A stretch of 64,000 nt of DNA from Octopus vulgaris. Lineage: Eukaryota. A program made the translations under genes and the position numbers. The stretch lies in NCBI GenBank assembly GCA_951406725.2, contig OX597818.1, forward strand, positions 128,154,001 through 128,218,000, read 5' to 3'. Shown in pieces: positions 36,944-50,804 of the stretch. Position 1 is the stretch's first letter, and each line of letters begins with the position of its first letter. The notes under the pieces were generated by a model that had not been told where the DNA came from, ran no database searches, and saw only the letters and a program-made list of their open reading frames with translations.

Positions 36944-39900
36944 GTGTTTATTTTATATATGTAAGTGTGTGTGGCATATTCAACAAGTGGCTCATTAAGT
37001 TGCTATGGTGGAAATTGAATAACGTGATTTAATAAATTTAGCTATGAATAGTCTCACATTCAGTAAATGTTTTTTCTATAATTAACAAAACTAATGTATG
37101 TTAATGAGAAAAAGAAAGCTTAATTCTTTCTTTGGGAGAAAATTACTTGTGTGAAGAATTTGTGGAGTCAGATGTAAGGAAGTTGAGCCGTACAGATTAT
37201 ACAGAATCTTAAAGACGTATGATACTTACACTGAACATATTCTTGAGACTGCATCATTAATTCTAATCCTATTCTTAAGGTTGTATTGTGCAATGAACTT
37301 ACTGGAGTCATGTAAACTTTTAGGATACCTACAAAAAAAGATAACTACAAAATTTACTTGTTATTGATATTTGAGTGCATTAGGTATGGGTTTAAAGATA
37401 TTTCATGTTTTTCTTTGAATATATGAAAAATAGATTTAAACATTACTGAAGGAATGAAATGCTATTGACTTCAACAAGACACAAGTTTCGTTTCCATCAT
37501 GTATGATAAGAGAACACAACCCTCCCAAAGGTTAAAAAAAATATTGGCACAAAAATGAATTGAGCCAAGTAATCTGTATTACATATTAAGACCATCAGAG
37601 CAGTTATGCTATTGTTTCTATCTACCAAGATTTTGACTATCACCAATATACACATGTATGTGTCTATGTATGTTTTACTCCTTTATATAATATATATATA
37701 CAAAGAGAGAGAGATGTATATATTTGTTCATCTTGTGTTTTTTTTCTATAAGAGCAAGGGTTGAATGAAAACTTGGTAAAATTTTGCGCCTATCTCCAGT
37801 TATTATTTAAATAAGTGGTCTTTGAAAACTAGTATTATAGTGCTTTAACAAGTTTTTTTGTTTCTTGGCATTCACTAAATTTCATGCAGGGTTCTCTTTT
37901 TGCATTGATGTAACTGATACGTTGCTCTGATCAGTACCTTGCTGTCTGGAGGTCTGTTGTCAGGTCCCAAAAGCTTCATTTTCCAGCTGAATTTGAATTC
38001 TGAATGCAAACAGTTGCAAGACATCTGTGTCAAATGTTCTAAAACACATATGCCAATTCATTGTCCAAATAGTTGACTAGTGGAATTTGAACAAATACCA
38101 AAAGGCATTTTATCCAGTGCTGTAATGACTGCCAGTTTTGTTACCTTCGTTTTAGCAGAACGAAACCAGTCACTTTGACTTCAGATGTTATACACTGCTG
38201 GTTTCAGTGTGTTTCCAATTCTTTCTTGATTGCTTCCTTCTTTACCGTCTTGGCCCACGTTGTCTAAATTGTCTTTCCATCACTGTGGAAGCTTTCTAAG
38301 TGGCCTTGGATACTACTTGGCAACTGCACAGGTTTACTTGTTGTTTGTGAACTTTGCGACAGCTCTGACCAAGTGGAACTTGTGTTTTTGGTATTCTCCA
38401 ATCCCAGCAATCACCCTGCTCTGTTCTCAAATTACCTCATTTTGCAATGATATTCCTAGCATCAATCTTTCCACGACCCCTTGCATTGTAGCCAACTGAT
38501 ATTCTTTGCAGTTGTCTACATCTCACTTGTATATGAGAATTAAGCAAGTAGATTAGCTAATATCAATTCTATTTGTGTACCTCAAAGTAGCTTATTTAAA
38601 TCCCATAGTTATTGGACAGCAGCTTGAATTGGTGATAATTAGTTAAAGCAAATTTCAAGAGAATGTCTAGATGATCACTATTACACTATCTTAAAATGAG
38701 AGGACACCTTCAACAATCTAGTCCTAGACACACTATTCCTGAATATGGCCGTTAAGCATATGATTGTAGTGGTCATCCCCCACTACTATCTAACAACCAG
38801 TGTTGGTTTGTTTATCTCCATAGCTTAGTGGTTCAGCAAAAGAAACTGATAGGATAAATACTGAGGTTGATATGTTCAACTAAGCCCTTCAAACCGGTGC
38901 CCCAACATGACTGCAGTCATGAACGGCATGTGGAAGCTCCATCTCTTCATGTTTCTGTTGCAGCATCTCTTCCCTTGAAGTTGTTTCACTCTACAGTGAG
39001 ACATCTTCAAGATATTTCTAAACTCGGGTCACTCACAGGTTTGTAATGGAGATACATAATAGATTCAATCAATCCCAAAACATGGTGGGATTTTATTTTA
39101 TAAACTCTGGCGAAGTTGATATTATATTCTATTTAGTCCAACTGAGATGTTTTTGTAGCCCCAGGTCAGCTTTGATGGAGTAGATCTATAATCAAAGGCA
39201 TTCCAGTCATGACCATTTTATCTTTTCTATGTTTCTAGGACTATTATCTCACATGTCCTTTCTATTTTTTAAGACAGTAGTGGTGTGGTTTGATGGCAAT
39301 TTGACTACTACTTCTAGCAGACTAAGCCAACTGTATTGAGGCTCCTTCATTAGTTGTAGTTTAAATATGTACCATTTAAAATGATTTTCTATCAAACTGT
39401 TCCATATTGGCATTTCAGTGTAAAGGGAGTCCTATAATTGGGAGCTTTTTAATAAAGGTTTTCTTGTCTAAACAAATAACTGAACTTAATCTTAGTCTGC
39501 TAGAAGTAGTTGTCAAATCTCCATCTTAAAACAAGAAGGACATGTGAGCTAATATGGTCCTAGAACATTGGAGAAAAGAAAATGTTTGTTACTGGAATGC
39601 CTTTGATCATAGGTCTGTTCAATCAAATGCGATTCTTTATCACCAAAGGTCTCTTGCTGTTCATGATTTCTCAAGGGCACAAATTTGTAGATCTGCTATG
39701 TAATCCACAGATTTAATGCTAGTATATGCTGGGGAAATGAAAGGCAGTCAATCCTGGTGGAATTTATATTTTGAAGTTACAGGATATAACTCAAGGATGT
39801 AAAAAGTGGTGCTCCAGAATGGCTGCAGTGCAATAACTGAAACAAAGGTACATGCATTTAGTAGTTGCAATGCAGTTTGATGTCCATGAGATAGGGGAAG

Positions 39901-40165
39901 CTTGTGCACAGAATAGGCTGTTGCCATCTCATTTAACCTTTAATTAGATCTATATGCCAGTTCCAATGATAGGATGAGTTGGGGGTGATTATTAGAGAAC
40001 ACTAGGCTGACGTTGAGTACTGAAATGAATTGTGCATATCTCCAGGAAAGAAAAGGGTTAAACTACCGGCTAATGATCTATTTGTCAATTTTTCAGTGTT
40101 ACAGCTGCCTACAGAGTACTTACTATTTTCAGCAAAGTGGACTGAGTTAGGGTAGTGTTTATATA

Positions 40166-40902
40166 TATGGTGCGGTGAATAAACTGTTTAAATTACACAA
40201 AAATGAAAGTAACAGATATCTCACTTTCATAAAAATCTTTTTAAATACCAAGGAGTAAATTTATTCAATAAAATTGCCATTGGCTTCAACCACGACCTTT
40301 GGAATCCCCTGCAACTCTTCTGGACAGTCTCCTTGTTTAAATTGGTGTTACAAGGAATTTTATTCATCTCTTGCTCAACTGTGCCCCACACATAATAATC
40401 AAGGGGGTTGCAGTCTCGGGAGTTAGGAGTGATGTGGTCACAGAAATTGTGTGACAGTCATGACTGGGTTCTCCTGCTTGTGTGGCATGGTACAGAGTCC
40501 TGTTGCCATACAGGGTTTTCCAGTAGCCCCCTCTTGACCCAGGGCAGCACTACTTCTAAGCACTTGATGTAGGCCTCTGTGTGGAGACCGTGTGGGAAGA
40601 TGAATAGAGGTATAACATCACCATCACTACTAATCAGTCCTGTCTGATTTTACCGCTCTCAGTACATGTCCTCAAATTGACATCCAAACACTCTGAAATG
40701 TTTGTGTTAGAGCTCCATGTGCAAGTGACAAACAGTACAGCATGTCATTTCCAAATTTTTGGCACAGTGAATTGCATCATGGTGCTTTTTTTCTCACAGA
40801 CAAGTCCCCAACTGACCCTACTATACTGTATAGTTGACAAAATCAAAAACAATGTGCATGTCCAAAATTAAAAATATAAAATGGTGACAATTTACCCATC
40901 AC

Positions 40903-40908
<6 letters not shown>
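40166..40908 (-). mobile_element. Internally deleted Tc1/mariner-superfamily (maT/DD37D-like) transposon relic
   Basis: Minus-strand fragments WQQDSVPCHTSRRTQ and PNSRDCNPLDYYVWGTVE; imperfect TIRs within TA runs. Confidence 0.7.
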
Positions 40909-40942
<34 letters not shown>

Positions 40943-41057
40943 GTACTAAGGACTTGTTTCATGCCAGACAATTATTCCATGGACCAGGGCGATCACATTC
41001 ATAAAAAAGCAAAATAAAGTCAATAATATATAATTTAATCATTACGTACACACAGCA

Positions 41058-41780
41058 TTGGTGCTGGTGCCGTGTAAAAAGCACCCAATACACTCTGTAA
41101 AGTGGTTGGCATTAGGAAGAACATCCAGATGTAGAAACAAAGTCAAAATACTATGGAGCCTCATATGGCCCATGGCCTTGCCAGCTTCTGTCAAGCCATT
41201 CAACCCATGCCAGCATGGAAAATGGATGTTAAATTATGATGATATATATAACTATATATATATATATATAAATAACATATATATGCATACTTTGATAGTC
41301 AATAAAATAGAAATAAAATTTTTATATGTGTGGCACGTAAAATACTCCAATGCGACCGTACGACAGGCACCCATGCCAACCCCCTTTGCTTGTGAAGACA
41401 TGTTGGGGCAAGCGAAATCGAAATCAAAATCGAAATCAAATTGAACCAGCCAGGATCCCTGGTCTGGTGGTACGTAAAAAGCACTATCCGACTCATGGCC
41501 GATGCCAGCACCGCCTCGACTGGCTTCCGTGCCGGTGGCACATAAAATACACCAATCTGACCGTGGCCGTTGCCAGCCTCGCCTGGCACCTGTGCAGGTG
41601 GCACGTAAAAAGCACCCACTACACTCACGGAGTGGTTGGCGTTAGGAAGGGCATCCAGCTGTAGAAACATTGCCAGATTAGACTGGAGCCTGGTGCAGCC
41701 TTCTGGCTTCCCAGATCCCCGGTCGAACCGTCCAACCCATGCTAGCATGGAGAACGGACGTTAAACGATGATGATGATGA
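41058..41780 (+). mobile_element. Two tandem family B repeats (41058-41242 degenerate; 41325-41780 long)
   Basis: Conserved core and GAT tails. Confidence 0.8.
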
Positions 41781-42862
41781 TATATATATTGAGAGAGTAC
41801 TTCGGTTTGTCAAGGGTTACTATTCATCTGCTCATGTGCAGGCTGGCACAGATATTTTTGAAGAAGACTAGAAATTGCTCATGCATACAAGTTTCCCCTT
41901 TCCATGCCATCAATGTTTATCCAAGAGAAAAGCTACTGATACTGCTTGACACCAGTTTTGTTGCAGGTATTGCTGTCGGAACAGAAAGAGCTGAAACAGA
42001 TACTGTAAGACATCTCACCTGACCCTATGACAGTTTTCCTAGTTTACTACCCTCAGTTGGTACTTTTTATCAACTCTGAAAGGATGAAAATACACCTGAT
42101 ATACCACAAACTACACAGTGGATCTAATATGTAGTCTGTATATTATTAATGTTTGTAAGAGTTTGTCTATCGTCTTGCAGAAGACTTTGGTACATCATCA
42201 GTCAGGTTTCTGGTCACTGACAACACAATGTTCCACTCATTCTAAATGAGACAAAAATGTATTTGAAAATGTGCTTAAAATGTAAGTATTATACCTGGGT
42301 TACATACTTTATTTTTAAGAATAATCATAACTGCTCTGAACATTGTACACCTTCACAATGCTTCCTTGAGATTTTCCAGCCCCTTATGAACTCAGCATCC
42401 CAAAGTGGACCACTTACATAGATCAGCAGTTATTACTTTGTATAAAGACTGGGTTTCCTTTTTACGTCCTGAATATGCTTTAATTCAGAATAATCATTAA
42501 CTTTTTACATGACATAAGTGTGCACATGCATATCTATGAGTTTGAGATTTCAGCTGCTGCAAACAAATGAGACTGCATTGCAAAAAAATAGAGCCATCAG
42601 ACTGATGAGAAAACATTCACTTACCAACAGGTGAGAACCACGAGCTCAGTGTAAGAAAATCTTTATTTATTCATATATTTTACTGCACGTTTCCTTAGTA
42701 GTCAGCTAATTGTCATATATTGCACTGCTTGGTTTTGAGGATCATCTGAGAATGGCTAGTCTTCCCATTGACTCACCTACTCAATGATATTTACACCTTC
42801 ATATTACTACAAGCTAATAATGAAAAATTCCTACTTATTAAACCTATTTGTTTATTTTTCAG

Positions 42863-43392
42863 GCATATCTGGATAGCTCGATGTGAAGACCAAGCCATTG
42901 TAAATCTCAAACACCCATTGGAAAGAAACTTGGCTGGATTCTGTGAAATCAGTGTTTTATCTGGTTGTATTTGCTTATTAGATGCGAAAATAGTGCCAGA
43001 TGGACAGTGGCATCCATTATATTCTCCACACGACCATACACCTCTCAAGTTGGTGACTCTACATTCGTGTGGTAAGGATGGTCTTGTCATCACCAAAAAG
43101 AAAGTTGCATCGATGCTTTCAGAGTCAGACAATTTTGTAAACAGAATTGATTCTAATTCAGTAATTCTGTTGGTCCGCCGACTTCGGTGGGCTTTCACTG
43201 ATTACATAAGCACCATTCGTCCATATCAGAGTCTCTTTCAAGGACTGAAGGAGGAAGACAAAACTACATGTAACCAGACCCTTCAGCCATTTGGTATAAG
43301 TTTCATTGCTAAATCAAATATGCCAGATTATACTTCTTCAGCTGAGGAAGAGCATTTTATAGAAAAATGGGAGTCATTAATAAAAAGTAAAG
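42863..43392 (+). CDS. NOL9: NOL9 exon (N-terminal domain preceding the kinase domain)
   Basis: Acceptor tttatttttcag| (phase 2), open frame HIWIARCEDQAIVNL...EKWESLIKSK, donor AAG|GTTTGT (phase 1) in frame with the Walker A exon. Confidence 0.82.
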
Positions 43393-43647
43393 GTTTGTTA
43401 CAAATTTCTTCTCTCTCTTCACCCATTTTAAAAAGGGGTTTTGTATGCCCCTTTTCTTTGTATTTTTTCTCTTCTTTCTGTTAGTGAACTGTGGCCATAC
43501 TAGAGTAACAGCTTCAGTTTATATTGCCATCACCACAACATTCATTTCAATTTGGTACTTATTTTATTGATCTCTATCAAACCATTAAGTTATGAGACTT
43601 AAAGAAATACGAAAAAAACAGCACAGATATACACACACACTGAGTTC

Positions 43648-44060
43648 ACTTTTTCACTTTTACTCTTTTACTTGTTTCAGTCATTTGACTGCGGCCATGC
43701 TGGAGCACCACCTTTAATCGAGCAACTCGACCCCTGGACTTATTCTTTTTGTAAGCCCAGTACTTATTCTATCGGTCTCTTTTGCCGAACCACTAAGTAA
43801 CGGGGACATAAACACTCCAGCATTGGTTGTCAAGCAATGCTAGAGGAACAAACACAGACACACAAACACACACACGCATATATATATATATATACATATA
43901 TACGACAGGCTTCTTTTCAGTTTCTGTCTACCAAATCCACTCACAAGGCTTTGGTTGGCCCAAGGCTATAGTAGAAGACACTTGCCCAAGGTGCCACGCA
44001 GTGGGACTGAACCCGGAACCATGTGGTTGGTAAAGAAGCTACTTATCACACAGCCACTCC
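43648..44060 (-). mobile_element. SINE family A
   Basis: Reverse complement of the 34570 element. Confidence 0.85.
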
Positions 44061-44539
44061 TGTGCCTTTTAATTTCTGTTAATTTTATTTTATTTGTTTG
44101 GTTTATTAGCAGCCCAGTGATTGTGTATTTAAGGTGTAGGCTGTGGATCAAATGATTTAAGAGTTAAAGCCTTCTCTTAGGAAAGCCAATGACAGAGTGT
44201 CTCTGATGTTGCTTGAACTGCTAGAAATAGCAGCCAAATCTACCTCAGATTACATCCTGTATCTTCAGAATAGAGGACATAGTGGATAATTTTAGACCTA
44301 GATATGCATTGCTCAAGATAAAGATGAGATGGTTATTGCTTGACTACTTCCTTATCTCAGATCTGCTGAGTTGAGACTAGCATTAAGGATAAACATTAAC
44401 AATAGCTACAACCAGTCTACTTGACTTGCTTTTGTTAGTGCTAAGAAGTGACCCACATATGTTAGCTTGGGAAAATAAATGTAAATTAAAAAATATTATT
44501 CTAGGAACACTGTATGTATGAAATTGATGGTGATAATTA

Positions 44540-45728
<1,189 letters not shown>

Positions 45729-46027
45729 ATATGCGTGTGTGTGTGTGAGAGACAGAGACATATACATCACAGCTTTTATGCTGCTATAAAACAAAATGTT
45801 TTGCAACGATTGAATGTCTAAAGATGTTGAATAAAATACCTAATTTCACAAAACAGTTTGTATTAGGAAAGGCATCTGCCTGCAGAGTTTTGTCTCAAAA
45901 AATTCTTATCCACCCCATTCCTGCATGGATAAAACAGATAAAAAAATATAATGAAGATGATCTATTTATATACGCATGTGTGTTGGATTGTAAGTATGAA
46001 TGTGTCTAAGGTTTATCTTAATTACAG

Positions 46028-46054
46028 TTTTTTTTTCCATATTTTTAGGTAAGT
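46028..46054 (+). other. Candidate recursive splice site (polypyrimidine-TAG|GTAAGT)
   Basis: tttttttttccatatttttag is immediately followed by a perfect donor GTAAGT inside NOL9 intron 43393-52189. Confidence 0.45.
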
Positions 46055-46361
46055 TTCTTGCAGTTTATTTCAAATTTTAGTGGTAATGTCTGCACTAATT
46101 ATATTGACTCTACCTTTAGTAAAGAGGTAGCAACATATGCCAACATCACATCATGCTGAAGATGAGGCAACAAATGTCTAAAACTGTTGATGATGAACTT
46201 GGGAAATTTAATCTTTCAAATAGCTTTATGAAAAAGTATGATAAAAAGAAACCAGAACACTGTTGTGCTTGCAATGGGCAAATCACTTCCATTCAAAGAT
46301 GAGAATTGTATTGTTCAGTATTCTGAAGTACTTGCCCCTGAATTAATGTGTAACTGGCTGA

Positions 46362-47117
46362 ATCATCATCATCATCATTTAACGTCCGCTTTCCATGCTA
46401 GCATGGGTTGGACGATTCAACGGGTCTGGGAAGCCAGAAGGCTGTGCGAGGCCCAGTCTGATCTGGCAGTGTTTCTACAGCTGGATGCCCTTCCTAATGC
46501 CAATCACTCCGTGAGTGTAGTGGGTGCTTTTTATGTGCCAGACGAGGCTGGCAAACGGCCACGATCGGATGGTGCTTTTTATGTGCCACCGGCACGGAGA
46601 CCAGACGAAGCTGGCAGGACATATAATTCTTATACCGAATCACTGTGATACAGTATGTGACAAGTTTGCACCTTCTGAATTACAGGCACAATTCATCCAA
46701 GTCTTCTCTACAGTCTCTACCTGCCCAGTTTCACAGCGTGTGGTTCAACCCAAGAAAATAAAAAGTGACATTTGTCTAAGATATATATAAAAGTGACTTT
46801 TGCCTGTTGGACCCCCCCCCCCCCAGCTGACCAAAGCTGTGAATTTCATCATCATCATCGTTTAGCGTCCGCTTTCCATGCTAGTATGGGTTGGACGGTT
46901 CAACTGGGGTCTGGGAAGCCAGAAGGCTGCACCAGGCCAGTCAGATCTGGCAATGTTTCTACGGCTGGATGCCCTTCCTAACGCCAACCACTCCGTGAGC
47001 GCTTTTTACGTGCCACCGGCACAGGTGTCAGACGAGGCTGGCAAACGGCCACGATCGGATGGTGCTTTTTACGTGCCACCGGCACAGGGGCCAGGCGAGG
47101 CTGGCAACGGCCACGAT
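46362..47117 (-). mobile_element. Two family B repeats (46362-46618, 46846-47117)
   Basis: (CAT)n start followed by the reverse-complement core. Confidence 0.85.
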
Positions 47118-47962
47118 GGAATTTGGCAACTGAAAACTGAAAGAAGCTGTTATGTGTGTGCATGGGGGGTTGGAGTGTGTCTGTATATGTTTTTATGTGT
47201 GTATATTTGCCACAACATTGCATGATAGTTGTAAATGAGATTCACTGTCATATAACTGCTGTCATTTGTTTCTTCTCTTCCATGTAACCATGTCCAGCCA
47301 TGGGGAAAGAAGGACATTTGACCATAGAAAATCAGACTCAACAAATTTCGTCTAACCCATGAATGCATGGAATAGTGGATGTTAAAACGATGATGATGAT
47401 ATATATATACTTTGGGAAGCTTTACACAGCTCTCACAGTAAATGAACTAATACACTGCTTGCATCTACCCTCTGAAGTCACCCATCTAAACACTAATCAT
47501 ATGTGTATAGCTTAGCTCTGAAAATAATGAGGATGAGTAGAAAAAGGATGGCAGCAAGAGGAGGAAGAGGATTACTATTTTTCTAAATATACAAAATTTT
47601 CCATTGAGCCGAATATATTGCAGTTTTCGTTTCTTTGGTCATTGAAAAAGAAAAATGTTCAGTTAGTTTCTGTTCAGTGAAATGAATTTGATAACAACAA
47701 CAAAAACACTAGAACACTTAGCTTCCTCAGTCAAGACTTAAAAATGAAACAACACATTCTTCTAGAATATATCCCGGATTTTATTCTATATTGTTGTTGA
47801 TGAATTGTATTGGTCAGTTTCTGTTTTGTCTTTCCTGTTTTGCTGTGGTCATGAGAACAAATTATAACACAGTTATTTTATATAAATTCTATAAAAAGAG
47901 GATTGTATACAGAGATAAACCAACAATTAATGCATATCAACTATATTACAATGTGTGTGTGT

Positions 47963-48470
47963 ATCATCATCATCGTTTAACGTCTGCTTTCCATGCTAGC
48001 ATGGGTTGGACGATTTGACTGAGGTCTGGCGAACCAGATGGCTGCACCAGACTCCAATCTGATCTGGCAGAGTTTCTACAGCTGGATGCCCTTCCTGACG
48101 CCAACCACTCCGAGAGTGTAGTGGGTGCTTTTACATGCCACTGGCACAAGGGCCAGTCAGGCGGCACTGGCAACGACCACCACGCTCAAATGGTGCTTTT
48201 TATGTGCCACCTGCACAGGAGCCAGTCCAGCGGCACTGGCAACGACCTCGCTTAAATGTTTTTTCACATGCCAGTAAGGCGACGCTAGTAACGATCACGC
48301 TTGAATGGTGCTTTTTATGTGCCACCTGCACAGGAGCCAGTCCAGCGGCACTGGCAATGACCTCGCTCAAATGTTTTTTCACATGCCACCAGCACAACTG
48401 TCAGTAAGGCGACACTAGTAACGATCACGCTCGAATGGTATTTTTTACATGCCACCGGCATGGAGGCCAG
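47963..48470 (-). mobile_element. Family B repeat with expanded internal tandem subrepeats
   Basis: Repeated ~55-65 bp units containing tttttaYRtgcca after the conserved core. Confidence 0.8.
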
Positions 48471-48549
48471 CTTGTGTAGCACAATTACACTGGCAAATAA
48501 GCATGAATGCCTTTACACATATATAGTTACAGTAATTATAATAGTTATA

Positions 48550-48940
48550 GGAGTGGCTGTGTGGTAAGTAGCTTGCTAACCAACCACATGGTTCCGGGTT
48601 CAGTCCCACTGCGTGGCATCTTGGGCAAGTGTCTTCTGCTATAGCCCCGGGCCGACCAGTGACTTGTGAGTGGATTTGGTAGACGGAAACTGAAAGAAGC
48701 CCGTCGTATATATGTATATATATATATATATATGCGTGTCTGTGTTTGTCCCCCTAGCATTGCTTGACAACCAATGCTGGTGTGTTTACGTCCCCGTCAC
48801 TTAGCGGTTCGGCAAAAGAGACTGATAGAATAAGTACTGGGCTTACAAAGAATAAGTCCCGGGGTCGATTTGCTCGACTAAAGGCGGTGCTCCAGCATGG
48901 CTGCAGTCAAATGACTGAAGCAAGTAAAAGAGTAAAGAGT
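48550..48940 (+). mobile_element. SINE family A
   Basis: Near-identical to the 34570 copy. Confidence 0.85.
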
Positions 48941-49750
48941 GCATTAGAACCAACAAGTGGATGAGGTATTGGACTATATATTTCTAGGTCATGAGTTCAG
49001 TCCTGCCCTGAACTCATCAACAAAACATCATCATTTAATGTCTGCTTTCCTTGCAGGGAACACAGCTATGCCTGCATCTTTGAATTAGACCTTATGTGAG
49101 GCAAAATAACAATAACTGCTTAACACAATGAATCTAAAGTGAAACACTTAACATCCTTGAAAAGCCTCTCAGGGAATGAGGAGATTATTACATTCTCTGA
49201 TTGCTGTTTGGTATCCCTGCAATAGACTGAAATCTAATCATGGGAGATATTCATTGCCCATTACCTTATTTTTAGAAAACCCAATCTCAGTAATGATCCT
49301 TCCTATCTTCTCTCTTCTGCTGAATTTGTTAAAAGGATTGACTTGGATGTGAAAGTTCTTATTTTGCTAGATCCAGCATATTTTATCCCTAGTTAAGTGC
49401 TTGCATCAGTTTTCATAGTTGAGCTATGAGTACCATTTAGGGTCATAATGTATTGAGTTGTATAGTTTGACTGAAGGAAATTGGAAGACCATATTCTGCT
49501 GCTCTGCTTGGAACAATACCCAAAGACCTATGTGAGATGAGCTAATGAGGAAGCTTCTATGTGGTTACTCTGCCTACTAGAAACCTCAGTCAAATTTCAC
49601 TCATCACATCCTACAAGCTTATGCAAAGAAGTTTACACTGGACAATGTAGTCCCTGATATACAAAAGACAGGATGATCAGGATTGGCATACATTTGATCA
49701 TAGGTCTGCTCAATCAAAGCTAACCTAGATCTAAATAACAACAACAACCT

Positions 49751-50350
49751 ATCATCATCATCATCAGTTAACATCCGTTCTCCATACTAGCATGGATTGG
49801 ATGGTTCAACTGGGGTCTGGGAAGCCAGGAGGCTGTGCCAGGCTCCAGTCTGATCTGGCAGTGTTTCTACAGCCGGATGCCCTTCCTAACGTCAACCACT
49901 CCGTGAGTGTAGTGGGTGCTTTTTATGTGCCACTGGCACAGAGCCAGAGGTGACTGGCAAACGGCTGCGATCTTTTGGTGCTTTTTACGTGTCACCGACA
50001 CTGACGCTAGTCTGGAGGCGCTGAGATCAGCCATGTTAGGATGGTGCTTTTTACATGCCACCGGTATGGGTATCACAACTACAATTTCCATTTGATTTTT
50101 TATTTTGATGTTGATGTACTTGACTCAATAGGTCTCCTCAAGCACAGCAGGTCATCCTATGATCCAAGGTTAGCACAGCAGGCCATCCTGCGAGCCATAA
50201 ACTCACTTCATTTGTCGGGTCTTCGCAGTCACTGCATATCTGCAGAGGTCTCGGTCTTTTGTCATAGCCTCTGTGAGGCCCAACGTTTGAAGGTCATGCT
50301 TGACCACCTCATCCCATGTCTTCCTGGATCTAGCTCTACCCCGGATTCCT
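49751..50350 (-). mobile_element. Family B repeat extending into LINE-like sequence
   Basis: Core plus an extension (cccatgtcttcctgg) shared with the RTE fragment near 22650. Confidence 0.7.
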
Positions 50351-50577
50351 TCAAAGAGAAATTTGTATTAGTTAATTGCTTATTTTATATTATTGCATTT
50401 AGTGCCTGTGCTATAGATTAACATTAATCTCATGTAAAGCAGTGTATACAATGTGGTTTCAATTTTATGTTCCGTAATGCTCAGTTTTCCTTGGTTAACA
50501 CCACCACCTGGTCCTTGTTGCAAGCATTATCACTAAACTCCTGGTTTCCTTGATACCCATTTTTTTCTCTGTAAATG

Positions 50578-50804
50578 TTAATCCTTTAACATCTAGATTA
50601 CTCTATCAAATATAACACTTATTAATTCACACTGTTTTGAATTAATCATACATTCTCATAGCTTCAAAATTTCGGTTTGTGATTGTATATTTTTAGAATG
50701 ACATTGTAGAAATAAGGTGTGAGAAGCCAGATCTGGTCAGTTTCTGCATAAAATAGGTAGAATATTTGGGCTGGAGATGGCCAGTTTAAATGCTAAGCAG
50801 TTAA
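50578..50804. mobile_element. Degenerate TTAA MITE
   Basis: Same internal sequence as the 32174 copy, with decayed TIRs. Confidence 0.68.

Noticed and set aside
43393-43484. C-terminal part of ORF 42768..43484 (and its first 31 codons)
   Set aside because: Intronic read-through beyond the splice sites; only 42863-43392 fits the NOL9 model.
47963-48470. Regularly spaced ~20-bp repeats resembling a CRISPR array
   Set aside because: The spacers are similar to each other, the array is part of a dispersed eukaryotic repeat, and there are no cas genes.
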